64,000 bases of DNA from Leptospiraceae bacterium (GCA_016708435.1 JADJFV010000035.1:192001-256000), one strand, 5' to 3'; positions 17,902 to 30,206 are shown, counted from the stretch's first letter. Notes: generated by a model from the sequence alone, not told the origin. Made by a program: numbers and translations.

Positions 17902-19761
17902 ATGTTATTAGAGCTTATGAAAAATAGATTTCCCCTTTATGTATTGCTAGCTTTTTTTCACATTTCCTTAATTGCCAAAGAAGTTGTAGTTATTGGAAAT
18001 ATAATCGGTGCTGGCTCCTATATCGAAACCGATGATAATACCTATCCTTTTAAACATACTGAAATGCAAAAGGAACTTTCCGAGCTTACCGGCAAAAAAG
18101 TTCGTATACTTTGTTTCTTCGAAGAAGATTCCTGTGTTCCCCTTAGATATGAAATAGCTCCTTTTGCTAGCGAAAAAAATTTAGCGAAGTGGACGATTAA
18201 GAAAATTCCTAAATATGTCTACCGTGGGCTAACTGCATTTAACCCCTCTGTTACTCCTGATGGAAACGTTTTATTCTGGACAGTTCTTGTTCATGAACCA
18301 AGCGGAAGCAGCACACAAAAAATTTGGTTCAGTGAAATGGATTCGCATGGATTTTGGAAGAAGGGAGTTCAAATGGATCCCCCTTTAAATAATAAAGCTC
18401 CTGCTGCAATCATATCTGCCTTACCCGGTGGAAATGAATTATTTGTATTTGGAAGTCATGCAGACCAAGAGACATTTGATGAAATTCGAAGGCAACTCGA
18501 TGCCGAAAAAGCAGAAATTGTTAAGACTTCTAAAAATGCCCGAGAGGTAGAAGGACGTTATGCGGCAGTGCGCGAGAGATATAGACGGGAGATGGAAAAG
18601 ATTCAAAACAAAGTTCCGCTTTATAAAAGCTTCAAGCAGGGCAATGGTTGGAGTAATCCACAGCGAATTCAATTTCCTGATTTTTACAATTTATATAGAA
18701 GTGAGGATAATGCCAATTTACAAATCTTTGGTGGCTCGACTCTTTCTTCTAGTGGTAAAACGCTAATATACTCCGCAAAGCATAAAGATTCTCTTGGACG
18801 ATTGGATTTATATGTGTCTAATATTACCGATGGAGTCTTTCCGCTCGGAACAAATCTTGGTAAAGTGATTAATACTGAATACGAAGAGATGGCTCCTTTT
18901 CTAGCCTCAGACGATAGAACGCTTTATTTTTCTAGCAACGGTCACAGCGGATTATCGATATACTACACACAGAGAGTGGGAGATAGTTGGACAGAATGGG
19001 GAGCGCCGCAGGAAACTTCTAAGAATCTAAAAGGAGTAAACTTCTTTTCTATTCCTGCTGCGGGTAATTGGGCTTATGCGAGTAAAGAAGGTCATTTACT
19101 TATGACCTATCTTCCGAGTGAAGCAAAACCAAACCCGGTAATCATTGTAAAAGGTAAAATTGTGACTGACAAAGGTTTGCCGCTGGGAGCAGAAGTTTTC
19201 TATGAATCTTTAACAACAAAAGAGAACAAAGGCTCTACAATTTCTGATCCGAATACAGGTAAGTTTTCGATTGTATTGCCTTATGGCGACAACTACGGGT
19301 TTCACGCAAAGAAAGAAGGCTATCTTCCTATTCACAAGAATAAAGATTTGCGAGAGAGTGAAAAATTATACCAGGAAGTCGAAGTGGACATGGTTCTTCC
19401 TAAAATCGAGAAAGGCGGGGAGATAACAATCAATAACCTCTTCTTTGAATCCAATCGCAGTGAAATCAAGAAAGAATCCGAGCCAGAACTTGATCGACTT
19501 GGTGAAATCATGAAAGCGAACAAAAATCTAGAAGTCGCAATTGAAGGTCATACGGATAATGTTGGAAAGAGTGCGGATAATATTGCCTTGTCTCTATCTA
19601 GAGCAAATGCTGTCGCGGAGTATATAGTTAAGAAATTTGGCATTGAGCCTCACCGACTTAAAGTGGAAGGGCGGGGAGAAGAAGCCCCTCTTACAGAAAA
19701 TAACACAGCAGACGCAAGGGCAAAAAATAGACGGGTAGTGTTTCGAATTTTGAAGAATTAG
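17902..19761 (+). CDS. OmpA-family outer membrane protein with N-terminal TolB-like beta-propeller region
   Basis: C-terminal OmpA domain (NNLFFESNRSEI...HTDNVGKSADNIALSLSRANAV...RRVVFRI); WD40-like TolB repeats upstream. Confidence 0.75.
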   Translation: MLLELMKNRFPLYVLLAFFHISLIAKEVVVIGNIIGAGSYIETDDNTYPFKHTEMQKELSELTGKKVRILCFFEEDSCVPLRYEIAPFASEKNLAKWTIKKIPKYVYRGLTAFNPSVTPDGNVLFWTVLVHEPSGSSTQKIWFSEMDSHGFWKKGVQMDPPLNNKAPAAIISALPGGNELFVFGSHADQETFDEIRRQLDAEKAEIVKTSKNAREVEGRYAAVRERYRREMEKIQNKVPLYKSFKQGNGWSNPQRIQFPDFYNLYRSEDNANLQIFGGSTLSSSGKTLIYSAKHKDSLGRLDLYVSNITDGVFPLGTNLGKVINTEYEEMAPFLASDDRTLYFSSNGHSGLSIYYTQRVGDSWTEWGAPQETSKNLKGVNFFSIPAAGNWAYASKEGHLLMTYLPSEAKPNPVIIVKGKIVTDKGLPLGAEVFYESLTTKENKGSTISDPNTGKFSIVLPYGDNYGFHAKKEGYLPIHKNKDLRESEKLYQEVEVDMVLPKIEKGGEITINNLFFESNRSEIKKESEPELDRLGEIMKANKNLEVAIEGHTDNVGKSADNIALSLSRANAVAEYIVKKFGIEPHRLKVEGRGEEAPLTENNTADARAKNRRVVFRILKN

Positions 19762-19850
19762 AGAAATAAGGGATTCTTATTAATTTATGAGTAAATTCGA
19801 CTTGACTCTAAAATAAAGATGTTTATTTTAGACTTGACTCGAAAAAAAAC

Positions 19851-20978
19851 ATGAAAATTGATATTATTCCCTTCATTCTGCAAGATTTGGAACATAAGAT
19901 GGTTTTTGTAGCCGGACCTAGGCAAGTGGGCAAGACTACCTTTGCCCTACAAATGCTCGGTGCTGAATCGAATGAGCATCTAGCTTATTTGAACTGGGAC
20001 TTTCCACCCGTAAAAGAACCACTTATAAGAGGCGAGTTACCGGCAGGGCAAAAGTTAATCGTTTTAGATGAAATTCACAAATACCATGACTGGCGAAATT
20101 TAGTAAAAGGAATCTTTGATAAATACAGATCCTCTCGTCAATTTCTAGTGACTGGCTCTGCTAGGTTAGATTATTATCGTAGAGGGGGAGATTCGTTACA
20201 AGGTCGATATCATCTATATCGGTTACATCCTATTAACCTCCGTGATGTATATACAAATCCAAATAAGAGTGATGTAGAGAATTTACTAAAATTCGGGGGA
20301 TTCCCTGAACCTTTTTTTAAGGGAGAGGAAATCTTTTGGAGACGATGGCAATTGGAGCGGCAAAAGCTTGTTCTCCAAGAGGACATGATAAGCTTAGAAA
20401 AAGTGCGCGAAGTTTCAAAAATAGAACTCTTACATTTTCTTTTGGCTGAAAGAGTGGGTTCGCCGTTATCCGTGAACTCATTGCGAGAAGATTTATCCGT
20501 TGCCCATGAAACAGTCGAGCATTGGTTGCAAATTCTGGAAAACCTTTATCTTACTTTTAGAATTTCTTCTTTTAGTTCATCTAAAATTCGTGCTGTTAAA
20601 AAAGAAAAAAAATTATACTTTTGGGATTGGTCTTTGTGTAAAGATAGCGGCGCTCGTTTCGAAAACTTAGTAGGCTCTCAACTTTTAAAGTATTGCAATT
20701 TTCGCGAAGACACTCTCGGTTATAAAATGGATCTTTGTTATATCAGAGATACAGATAAGAGAGAAATTGATTTTGTAGTTGTCGAAGACGGTAAACCAAA
20801 GTTTGCCGTTGAATGTAAATTAGGGGAAAAACAAGTTAGTCCACATATCAAGTATTTTTCTCTTCGAATGGATATTCCTAAATTCTATCAAGTGCATATG
20901 GGTGATTCTGACTTTGAAAACATTGATTATAGAGTTCGAGTTCTTCCCTTTTGGAAGTTTACAGAAGAGTTAGTGTAA
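19851..20978 (+). CDS. AAA+ ATPase, DUF4143-containing family
   Basis: Walker A VAGPRQVGKTT; Walker B LIVLDEIH; C-terminal region matching the DUF4143 pattern. Confidence 0.65.
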   Translation: MKIDIIPFILQDLEHKMVFVAGPRQVGKTTFALQMLGAESNEHLAYLNWDFPPVKEPLIRGELPAGQKLIVLDEIHKYHDWRNLVKGIFDKYRSSRQFLVTGSARLDYYRRGGDSLQGRYHLYRLHPINLRDVYTNPNKSDVENLLKFGGFPEPFFKGEEIFWRRWQLERQKLVLQEDMISLEKVREVSKIELLHFLLAERVGSPLSVNSLREDLSVAHETVEHWLQILENLYLTFRISSFSSSKIRAVKKEKKLYFWDWSLCKDSGARFENLVGSQLLKYCNFREDTLGYKMDLCYIRDTDKREIDFVVVEDGKPKFAVECKLGEKQVSPHIKYFSLRMDIPKFYQVHMGDSDFENIDYRVRVLPFWKFTEELV

Positions 20979-20982
20979 TTGA

Positions 20983-22344
20983 TTATATTGTTTTGATATG
21001 TCGTATAACGTCTTCTACCATGTAGACTGGAAGGGATAAAAGTTGAAACTCTCCCTTTGTGTTTGGTAGAGAGAAATCAGCCTTTTGGAGAATAGGTAAA
21101 TTTGCATTAAACCGAACGCCAAAGGAAATTTCTTTTTCTTTCATAAAAGATTGAAGGGATTTTAATGTGCCTGTTTTTCCTGCTTTTACTTCGATTGGAA
21201 TAATTTTCGGACCAACTGAAATAAGATAATCCAACTCTGCGGAAGATTGACTTTTTTCTCGCACCCAGTAAAATAATTCCGGCTCTTCAAAGGTTTCACC
21301 TGCGTATAATAAGTGTTGTCCTACAAATTGTTCACAAATATTTCCGATGTTAAAAAGTGCATCATTTTCTAAAGAAATAAAATCAGCGTAAGAATAACCG
21401 TAAGCGCTATTTAATAAGCCAACATCAAGCATCAGACATTTCTGAACCTTCTCATTTATTTGTGCGCGAAGTGGAATTCCATTTCCGGCTGTATGGAACA
21501 CGGGAGTATAAATTCGCGCCATCGATAAAAGATGCAGAGCTTTTTTTATATCTTGAATCTTTTCATCCGGTGCTAGATTCATATACATAATTTTTTTTCC
21601 TACGCTTGCGGGTAACGTTTGAAATATCTTTTGTAGAATACTTTTTTTTCCAGGACTAGTGTATTTAGAAAAGTCATCTCTATAGGTGAGAAGAATAGAT
21701 TTTTTTACTCGATCTACTTCCAAAAATGAATTTGTATCTTTATAGGTTTGGATTGCTTCTGGCATACCTCCAATGACCAAATAAATTCTAAATATTTTTA
21801 GTAGTTCTTCATGAATGGCTAATGGTAATTTATCCCTGATGGAGTAGGCACTCAAGTATTGACTTAGATTTTCTTTTCCGAGTCCTTCTAGGAATTCTTT
21901 GAACGTCATTGGTCCTAGATACAAATATTCAATTCGTCCGACTGGCATAGAGAAATTATGCTCTTCAAAAACAAAATCAAAAAGAGAGCCAGCAAGAATC
22001 ACATGAAGTTCAGGAAGTTTTTCGTAAAAATACCTTAACGACGCGAAAATTTCTGTCGCCTTTTGGATTTCATCTAGAAATAAAATTGTCTTCCCTGGAA
22101 TTATCTTTCGGTTCGTTTTAAGTTCTAAAAGAGAAACGATTTCGCTTGGATTTTTAGACTGAAAGCATTCCAAAATCCCTTCTTCGGTCTCTAGGTTTAA
22201 CTCTAAAAGATCAAGTCCCTCTTTTTCTGCAAAAATTCTGACCAAGTAGGATTTACCTACCTGCCTTGCCCCACGCAGGATTAAAGGTTTACGATTTGGT
22301 CTGGTTTTCCAGTTATTTAGAGATTCTAGAGCAATTCTTCTCAT
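20983..22344 (-). CDS. AAA+ ATPase, DUF4143-containing family (second, convergent copy)
   Basis: Walker A LRGARQVGKSYL; Walker B ILFLDEIQ. Confidence 0.65.
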   Translation of the reverse strand: MRRIALESLNNWKTRPNRKPLILRGARQVGKSYLVRIFAEKEGLDLLELNLETEEGILECFQSKNPSEIVSLLELKTNRKIIPGKTILFLDEIQKATEIFASLRYFYEKLPELHVILAGSLFDFVFEEHNFSMPVGRIEYLYLGPMTFKEFLEGLGKENLSQYLSAYSIRDKLPLAIHEELLKIFRIYLVIGGMPEAIQTYKDTNSFLEVDRVKKSILLTYRDDFSKYTSPGKKSILQKIFQTLPASVGKKIMYMNLAPDEKIQDIKKALHLLSMARIYTPVFHTAGNGIPLRAQINEKVQKCLMLDVGLLNSAYGYSYADFISLENDALFNIGNICEQFVGQHLLYAGETFEEPELFYWVREKSQSSAELDYLISVGPKIIPIEVKAGKTGTLKSLQSFMKEKEISFGVRFNANLPILQKADFSLPNTKGEFQLLSLPVYMVEDVIRHIKTI

Positions 22345-22527
22345 TGAAAATTCTCAATATTGAAATATTTAAGGGTAATATTATTATATATATGTAAAAA
22401 AGCAAGGGTAATTTTTGGGAAAATTGTAAAAACCGATATATTTAACTATTGTTTGGATTTTCCGTTCAACTATGTAATTCCAAAAAGAAAATCCGCACAA
22501 TAAAAACTTATTTGAACCAGTACGGGT

Positions 22528-23490
22528 ATGAGAATTCGATTCTTGTGTCTGTATTTTTTTTGGAGTAGTGTTTCGATTGCGGATGAAATTTCCCGTAACT
22601 TACTAATCGATCACTATTCTTTCTTGAATCCATCGATGGGATTAGGATTCGAAAAAGAAAACAGAAACAATCAGAAAGCCTTTGCCTGGTATCATGCCAC
22701 TAAAGAAATTAAACCTAAATTTGATTTCCATATACAGCTAATGGCTCTTAGCTACAAAAGAATTCTTCGAGAAAATTTGCCCTATACAGAAATTCCTTAT
22801 AAGCTACAAAAAGAATCAGGCGAGTTACTTACATTGAATCCAGGGATTCGATTTTATTTCTTTTCTTTCTACGGAAATTTTAAATCAACGAATCCAACTT
22901 ATAAAGGTCTATCTCTAGGTTTTCATCTTCATCCAGAAAAAAGTCTTTTTGTCTATTACAAAGAAAATCCAAAAGAGAATACGAAAGAGTATGCGCTATC
23001 TGTTCTATCCGGTAAGTCACCTGGAATTGGTCTCAGTATTGCAAAAGAAATTTCTCCCGAAAAGACAGAGTGGAGTGGGAGTATATCGTTTAGCTTTCAA
23101 GTAGAATCCTTTACAGGGGCAATTTCTCATTTGCCGGAGACTGAGTCAAGAGAAGAGACAAATTCTTTTTTTGTTTATAAAATATTCCAAGAGAATAAAG
23201 AAAGCTTATTTCAAGAAGAAATCAATCCTTATATAGATGAAACTGATTTAGAAAGGGAGAAAAAGAAAGAAGAGTGGGAAGCTAAAAAGTTTAAAAAGAA
23301 AGAACGAATTATCTTTGAAATAAAAATAGAAGAGCTTCTCAAATTTAGAATTCCTTTAGTTGTTGCCATTCGAATTTCCCGTGCGAGTAAATCAAAAGAA
23401 GAATACGAGGAACTTTTAAAAACTCTTTCACCTGACTTAGTTCGAAAATGCAATAAAATCCAATACGATAAAGTAAAGGCTAATCGTTGA
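22528..23490 (+). CDS. hypothetical secreted protein
   Basis: Signal peptide; overlaps the start of the next gene by 4 nt. Confidence 0.45.
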   Translation: MRIRFLCLYFFWSSVSIADEISRNLLIDHYSFLNPSMGLGFEKENRNNQKAFAWYHATKEIKPKFDFHIQLMALSYKRILRENLPYTEIPYKLQKESGELLTLNPGIRFYFFSFYGNFKSTNPTYKGLSLGFHLHPEKSLFVYYKENPKENTKEYALSVLSGKSPGIGLSIAKEISPEKTEWSGSISFSFQVESFTGAISHLPETESREETNSFFVYKIFQENKESLFQEEINPYIDETDLEREKKKEEWEAKKFKKKERIIFEIKIEELLKFRIPLVVAIRISRASKSKEEYEELLKTLSPDLVRKCNKIQYDKVKANR

Positions 23491-24779
23491 AAGCCCCTAT
23501 TTGTATTCTAGGATTTTTAATCCTCTTTGGTTTTAAAAATCTATTGGCAGAAGAGACAAAGCCTAAATTTACTTTGTATGGAACAGCGGAATACTTTGAA
23601 AGTAGATTTGTAAGAGAAAATCAGAAATCAAAAACAAGTGCCCTTTTTAATACTCAATACAAAAACTGGCAAGCAGGAATTGAGAAGAGGGGCGAAACGC
23701 CGTTAGGCTCAATTGAATTTAAAAATGAACTCTTTTATTTCTCAGCTGGGCATAGATACAAACCAATCCCAGGATTTTATATTTTACGAAATGAGAAATA
23801 CTATTCCGCCTTTCAAAATCCTAGACTAGGTGTGATTCCACAACCTCTTAAAAAATCAATTTGGTTGGGGTTACTACCCATTAGATGGTCAGCAGGAATT
23901 TTTATGGGAGAAGGAATTTCTGAGCATAAACCTTCCCTTTATATTAAATCTCCAGAAGATATTTTTGCCTATACCTATAGTCCTGAAACAAAGATTCATT
24001 TCTTAGCTTTAAATCTTAGAAACTATAAAATACATCCAAAGTCAGAAGGGGAATTTACCATTAGCTCTCAGGCTATGGGAAAGAGAGAGAACTATTACGG
24101 TTATATGAATCTTTCCGCTTTCTTTCCAAAAAGGGGAATGGAAGTAGAGCTTTCTCATTATAGAGAGGATAACGGTGGTTTGTTTGTATCTAATCTGGAT
24201 AATTTAACGGGAACAAATAACGAGAAAGCTTTTAATTTAAAAATATCTAGATATCACTACGATAGAATCGAAGCATTTAAAAATATTTCAGATAAAAAGG
24301 AAGAGCGGGTAATTGGCGTTAATTCTTCTATTCTAAGCGGTAGAATTGGGGCTTTATGTATTTCTGGTAGGGGGTATCAAAAATTACCCGCTGTTATTGA
24401 TGAAAAAAATCCAAAGTTAAACACTCTAGCGTTAGGAATTTCTTATGAGTATCGGCTAAAGTCAACAGAGTTTATGTTGCGATTCGAAAGAAGGAAGAAC
24501 TTGGATGAACTCGCAGAATTAAAATGGACTGTTCGTCCTATCTCTGATTGGAAACTAGAAATCTCTTCTATTCTCCAAAAAGATTCCAATCAATTTAGAT
24601 CTCTTTACGAACAATGGAGTGATGGGGAGAATATCAATACTATCCTCACTGATAGAGCAGCTGCATTCAAATTAAAACTAGTCAGTGATTTTCTCGTCTT
24701 TAACGTTAGTGGATCGCGCAGAATCAATGGAGCCGGTGAAATCTATTTCGCAAACATTCAATTCAAACAGGAATTCTAA
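23487..24779 (+). CDS. hypothetical exported / outer-membrane-like protein
   Basis: Signal peptide [21 protein letters not shown]; C-terminal aromatic residue; beta-strand-rich composition. Confidence 0.45.
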   Translation: MKAPICILGFLILFGFKNLLAEETKPKFTLYGTAEYFESRFVRENQKSKTSALFNTQYKNWQAGIEKRGETPLGSIEFKNELFYFSAGHRYKPIPGFYILRNEKYYSAFQNPRLGVIPQPLKKSIWLGLLPIRWSAGIFMGEGISEHKPSLYIKSPEDIFAYTYSPETKIHFLALNLRNYKIHPKSEGEFTISSQAMGKRENYYGYMNLSAFFPKRGMEVELSHYREDNGGLFVSNLDNLTGTNNEKAFNLKISRYHYDRIEAFKNISDKKEERVIGVNSSILSGRIGALCISGRGYQKLPAVIDEKNPKLNTLALGISYEYRLKSTEFMLRFERRKNLDELAELKWTVRPISDWKLEISSILQKDSNQFRSLYEQWSDGENINTILTDRAAAFKLKLVSDFLVFNVSGSRRINGAGEIYFANIQFKQEF

Positions 24780-25378
24780 ATCGTCAGTCTTGACTTAATC
24801 GCTTTGCCGAGTGTATATTGATCGGCATATTCAAGTGTGCTACCAACTGTAACGCCGTGAGCAATACGTGAGAGTTTAATGCCTGTTGCCCGCAAGAGAT
24901 TAAATAAATAAGAAGCAGTTGCATCGCCTTCGAGAGTTGGATTGGTTGCGAGTAGGACTTCTTCTACTGGCTCTTCCTTGAGACGCTCTAGTAATTCTTT
25001 GATGCGTAGGTTTTCAGGACCTATGCCGTCTAACGGTGAAATGACTCCGTTTAACACATGGTATTTGCCTTTATACTCACCTGTGTTTTCGATAAAGAAA
25101 ATATCTTCCGGAAGTTCTACAACGCAAAGAATATTTTTAAGTCTAGATTCACCAGTGCAGATTTCGCAGACTTCGAATTCAGTAATGCCTGCGCATTTTT
25201 TACAAAACTTTAGATTGGATTTTACTGATTCAATGCTTTCTATAAAATTAGAGAATGCAGTCCCATCCATTCTTAGAATATGAAAGCCGAGACGATAGGC
25301 GCTCTTCTTCCCTATGCCGGGAAGAGAGCTCAGTGTAGAGACTAACTTTTTAAAGAGAAGATCAGTCACCCGATCCAC
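24776..25378 (-). CDS. recR: recombination protein RecR
   Basis: Hh[21 protein letters not shown]4 zinc finger [16 protein letters not shown], Toprim domain. Confidence 0.9.
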   Translation of the reverse strand: MDRVTDLLFKKLVSTLSSLPGIGKKSAYRLGFHILRMDGTAFSNFIESIESVKSNLKFCKKCAGITEFEVCEICTGESRLKNILCVVELPEDIFFIENTGEYKGKYHVLNGVISPLDGIGPENLRIKELLERLKEEPVEEVLLATNPTLEGDATASYLFNLLRATGIKLSRIAHGVTVGSTLEYADQYTLGKAIKSRLTI

Positions 25379-25712
25379 CGAAGAGTTTACTCAATTCATT
25401 TGGATCAAATCCGCCGGTCACGTTTTTCATCTCGTGAGTCATGGCGTCTTTTGATTTTTTGAGAGCTTCGTTTGTAGCAGATATGACTAAGTCTTCTAGC
25501 ATTTTCATATCATCGCCTTCAAAAAGGTTTTTGTTAATTTTAATATTTGTAATTACACCGTCTCCACTAGCGGTTACGTCTACCATGCCCGCACCTGCAG
25601 AAGCAGTAACGCGGATAACAGAGATTCTCTTCTGAATCGCTGCCATTTGGTTTTTCATGTCTTTCATCTTACCGAGTGTCTCGGCCATTTTGTCTATTTT
25701 TTTTCCAAACAT
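25362..25712 (-). CDS. ybaB: nucleoid-associated protein YbaB/EbfC
   Basis: 116 aa, characteristic YbaB sequence between dnaX and recR. Confidence 0.85.
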   Translation of the reverse strand: MFGKKIDKMAETLGKMKDMKNQMAAIQKRISVIRVTASAGAGMVDVTASGDGVITNIKINKNLFEGDDMKMLEDLVISATNEALKKSKDAMTHEMKNVTGGFDPNELSKLFGGSGD

Positions 25713-25732
25713 AATTGTCTCCTATTTCGTTT

Positions 25733-27097
25733 TTAAATTTCTGGAACTTTCGAAGAGTCTACTTCTGTTCCAAGGAATTTATCTTTTAGTATAGATTCCA
25801 TATCAATATCTTCTGGTGCCTCTTCTACTTCCGGTTTATTGGAAGTATCCGCTTTAGCTACGTTAGTAACTGACTGCCCTACAGGTCTTGAAGGTGCAGA
25901 TGCAACAAATTTCTCTCCTTCTTTTTGAAGAGCTTGTTGTAAGTCGTGTATTTTTTCCAGAACTCCTGCAACAGAAGGTTTATTCATATCAAGGATTAAT
26001 TTCCTAATAGAAATTTCTATAAAAATTTTCATCTCAAAAGAGTTTCTGAGCTTTAAATACATGAGTTTTTCATAGATAGTATAAATCTTTTCTGAAAGCA
26101 AGGTTAATATTTCTGGACTAAAGGATTCGAGTTCTTTTGTAATTTTTTGAATATCTTCGATTGGATAATTAAGTGAATCTCTATCTGCCAAATTTTCTTT
26201 GATAAGTATAAGGGCATGTGTGAATTCAACGAAATCCCACATAAATTTATGAAGGTCAGCTCCCTCATTGTAAACTTTTTCAATCGTTTGAAAGGATTTG
26301 TGAAATGTCTTTTCGCCGAGGATACTTTTGAATAGCTCAATTTGAACGTCAACTCCCTGGTAGCCGATCATTTTGCCGATGAGTTTACCAGTGATATGCC
26401 CGTCAGTGAAAGTAACCGCTTGCTCTAAGAAAGAAAGTGTATCTCGAACTGAGCCATCGCCTTTTTTAGCTACCCAGAATAAACCGTCTGAGTCATAATC
26501 TATTTTTTCGATTTTACAGAGATGCTCTACATAAGATTGTAAATTAGGTAGTGGAACTTTTTTGAAAACAAAGTCCTGGCATCTAGAAAGAATTGTCTCT
26601 GGAATTTTGTGATACTCTGTTGTGGCTAATATGAATACTACGTGATGCGGTGGCTCTTCTAATGTCTTTAACAATGCGTTAAACGACTGATCGGTGAGCA
26701 TATGAACCTCATCGATGATGTATATTTTGTATTTTCCACCCATTGGGGAAAATTTAACATTCTCCCTTAGGTCACGAATATTATCAATACCACGATTACT
26801 CGCAGCGTCAATTTCTAGAACATCGTTAGAGTTGCCTTTTATAATTTCGAGACAGGATTTGCATTTATTGCAGGGCTCATTGTCTTCTGGTGATTCACAG
26901 TTGAGTCGTTTTGCTAATAGTCTTGCGATAGTAGTTTTTCCAACGCCTCTTGGTCCGAAGAAGATATAGGCATGACCAACTCGGTTATTTTTGAGTGCAT
27001 TCATAAGAGCGCCAATGGCTAAATCTTGATGAATTACCTCTTTAAATAGCTGAGGACGGTATTTGCGGGCGAATACTAGATGGCTTTCTTCTGACAT
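25733..27097 (-). CDS. dnaX: DNA polymerase III subunit gamma/tau
   Basis: Walker A GPRGVGKTT, clamp-loader motifs, zinc module CNKCKSC; true start taken as MSEES at 27097 because the longer supplied ORF runs into the tRNA. Confidence 0.9.
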   Translation of the reverse strand: MSEESHLVFARKYRPQLFKEVIHQDLAIGALMNALKNNRVGHAYIFFGPRGVGKTTIARLLAKRLNCESPEDNEPCNKCKSCLEIIKGNSNDVLEIDAASNRGIDNIRDLRENVKFSPMGGKYKIYIIDEVHMLTDQSFNALLKTLEEPPHHVVFILATTEYHKIPETILSRCQDFVFKKVPLPNLQSYVEHLCKIEKIDYDSDGLFWVAKKGDGSVRDTLSFLEQAVTFTDGHITGKLIGKMIGYQGVDVQIELFKSILGEKTFHKSFQTIEKVYNEGADLHKFMWDFVEFTHALILIKENLADRDSLNYPIEDIQKITKELESFSPEILTLLSEKIYTIYEKLMYLKLRNSFEMKIFIEISIRKLILDMNKPSVAGVLEKIHDLQQALQKEGEKFVASAPSRPVGQSVTNVAKADTSNKPEVEEAPEDIDMESILKDKFLGTEVDSSKVPEI

Positions 27098-27110
27098 GGC
27101 AGTAAAAAAA

Positions 27111-27194
<84 letters not shown>

Positions 27195-27304
27195 TAGTTG
27201 GAAATTCCAATAAATTAGAATACGTTTAGAAATCTATCCAAAATAAATTCATTTTAAACTAAAAATTCATATTTTTACGAACAAATTTAATTTAATATAA
27301 TCTA

Positions 27305-29901
27305 ATGGTAATGAGAATCAAAATCAATAACATAAACCCAATTCAAATCATTTCAAATCTTCGAAAATCAAGTTTTCCAATCAAATTTGCTTTTTTCTTT
27401 CTGGTTTTTGTCGCGATTGTCTATTCCGATTCAATTCAATTGAAATCCGGTGAGCGCATTGACAATGTAAAGACAAATGCAATGGAAGAAAGTTTAGAAA
27501 TTCAATTTTCAAATGGAACTAAAATTACAATTCCAAAATCAGAAATTCTAAATCATGAAGTTTTACCTATTCAAAGTGAAAAGGATTTAAAAAAGGAAAA
27601 CATAGATAAAAAACCTGTTGAGTCAGATGTAAAACAATCGAGCGAACAACCAAAGGATTCAGAAAAAAAACCAGATACTTCTGGTATTGTAGTAAAAGGA
27701 GAAAAGGATAAAGATATCGGAAGACTTTCTGATATCCACGGGACAAATATTTTCTCCGGAAAGAAAAATGAAGTTATCCTCCCCGATAAGGCTAATGCCA
27801 ATTTGGCGGTAAATATGAATCGACAACTCTATGCAAAAGTTCCAGGAATCATGGTGCAAGAAAATGATGGAACTGGAATTCAAACTAGCATAGCAGTTCG
27901 TGGTTTAAATCCAAATCGTTCCTGGGAATTTAATACCAGGCAAAATGGATATGATATTTCTGCTGATCCTATGGGTTATCCTGAAGCCTATTATACGCCG
28001 CCGACTGAAGCAGTGGAAAGAATTGAAATTGTAAGAGGGGCGGGCTCTCTCCAATACGGTCCCCAGTTTGGTGGGCTTATCAATTATATTTTAAAAAAAC
28101 CAAAACAGAATTCTAAAATTTCTTTAGAAACTAGAAATACAGTCGGTAGTTATGGACTCTTTAATTCTTATAATGGAATTAGTGGGACTAGTGGCAAAGT
28201 TTCTTATTATTCTTTTTTCCATCAAAGAAGTGCAGACGGTTGGAGGCAAAATGCTATTTACCGCACTCAAACAGGACATGTGCATTTAAGTTATAATTTC
28301 ACAGAAAATTTGAAGCTAGGAGTAGAGTTCACTAGAAATGATTTCAAGAGCCAGCAGCCAGGAGGTCTTTTAGATGGACAAGCAGAATACGATCCAGTCT
28401 TAACTAAGCCAGGTATGGTCGTAAGTCCGAGGCAGTCAAATAGAGGTAGAAATTGGCTGGGAGTTGTATGGAATATTCCAGCGATTACTCTCGATTATGC
28501 GATAAATGAAAATTCTAAATTTTCCTGGAAGACGTTTGGTCTTTATGGAGAAAGACCAAGTGTTGGAAATACATCGTCAATAGATAGACCCGATTCGATC
28601 AACTCCAGAACTCTTACTTATTCTCCCAGACAGTTTGATGAAGATATTTATAAGACAGTTGGAACAGAAGCAAGGTTTATCACTTCTTATAATCTATTAG
28701 GAATTAAAAATACAACGTCCATTGGTGTTCGCTATTTTCATGGAAATACATCCCGTTCTAGAAATATTAATGGAAGCGTTGGGGCTAATTTTGATAAGAC
28801 GGAAACGAATCGTATTGATGATTTTGTTGTAAGAAATGGGGATTTGAAATTTAATAATACCAATCATGCCATTTATCTTGAGCACTTGTTTCAAATCACA
28901 AATGCTTTTCTGTTACTCCCGGTGTTCGATATGAAACTATTGTGAGTGAAGCATCTGGTTATTCCAATATCAATACAAGTCCAGGGGCTAATCTAAATTA
29001 CAGACCTGCAAATCCAAAGTCTTTACAAAATAGAGTCGTATTAGGTGGAGTTGGACTTCAATATAAATTATTTGAGAAAACTAATTTGTATGCAAATTAT
29101 AGTCAGGCATTTAGACCGGTATTGTTCTCAGATTTATATGCGATAGGCACTACAGTCAATGATATTGATCCAAACCTAAAGAACCAATTCGGGTATAACG
29201 CGGATGGTGGTTATCGGGGAAAAATAAAGAATTACCTCAACTTTGATGTTGGCGTTTTCCAACTTCGTTATAACAATCGCGTTGATACAATTAATGGCTC
29301 GAATAGGTCTGACTATGATTCTATTGCGCTGCGAAGCCTGGGTGGAAATCCAAATAATTTGCGCACGAATGTGGGAGATTCATTGCATCGAGGTGTTGAA
29401 GCCTTTGTTGAATTTGATCCTATTCTTTATTTCTTTGAGAAATCTGTTTTTGGAAATATAAGTATGTTTGTTTCTTATGCACAAATAAAAGCAACTTATA
29501 TTCGTTGGAATGCACCGACTAATACTGGTTTGCCAGATTGGGATAGAATTGGAAATCGAGTGGAAAACGCTCCTGATAAAATAATTAGATATGGGGCAAC
29601 GTATTTTTATAAAAGCCTTTTTTCTCTTACCTATCAAGTTAGTAAAGTTTCTTCCATTTATACTGATGCAACTAATACAGAGTATCCGACATTAAATGCG
29701 CAGGCGGGAAAAATTGCAGGGTATTCTGTTTCGGATGCTTCTTTTACCTATAATATTTTAGAAAATTTTGGGATAAGAGGAGGGGTTAATAATTTAGAAA
29801 ATAAAGTTTACTTCACTAGAAGAGCGGGGGGATTACCGGGACCAGGTTTGATTCCTGCTGAAGGCAGAACTTTATTTTTGGGAATGGTCGCTACATTTTA
29901 A
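27305..29901 (+). pseudogene. TonB-dependent outer membrane receptor, disrupted by a -1 frameshift in a T-run near 28906
   Basis: Plug domain (IVRGAGSLQYGPQFGGLINYILK) in ORF 27305..28945; beta-barrel and C-terminal TonB box (…TLFLGMVATF) in ORF 28942..29901; an alternative frame reads NAFSVTPGVRYETIVSEASGYS across the junction if gcttttctg were gctttttctg. Confidence 0.7.
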
Positions 29902-30206
29902 CATAAAGCTTGTCGGTAAGAATTTTTGCTTACTGTCACCTCGAACAGCCTCACCGACCACCCTTCGCTCGGTCGCGAACCAGCGCCTTCGCAAGGTCTA
30001 TCTTGCTTAATGCTATTGTTTTTTGCCAGATAGATTTCTCCATCCACACATTTGCTTAGTCGCAAATCCATCCGCCAAGCGATGTTCGAAATGACAGCAT
30101 AAGTCTTATATTGAGCTTGTGTAAATTAAACTTGGCAATAGCATTCATCTGTAATCTGTGGTGAATGATTTTTCTTAAGTGAATGTAGTAAGTTTAGGGT
30201 GATTTA

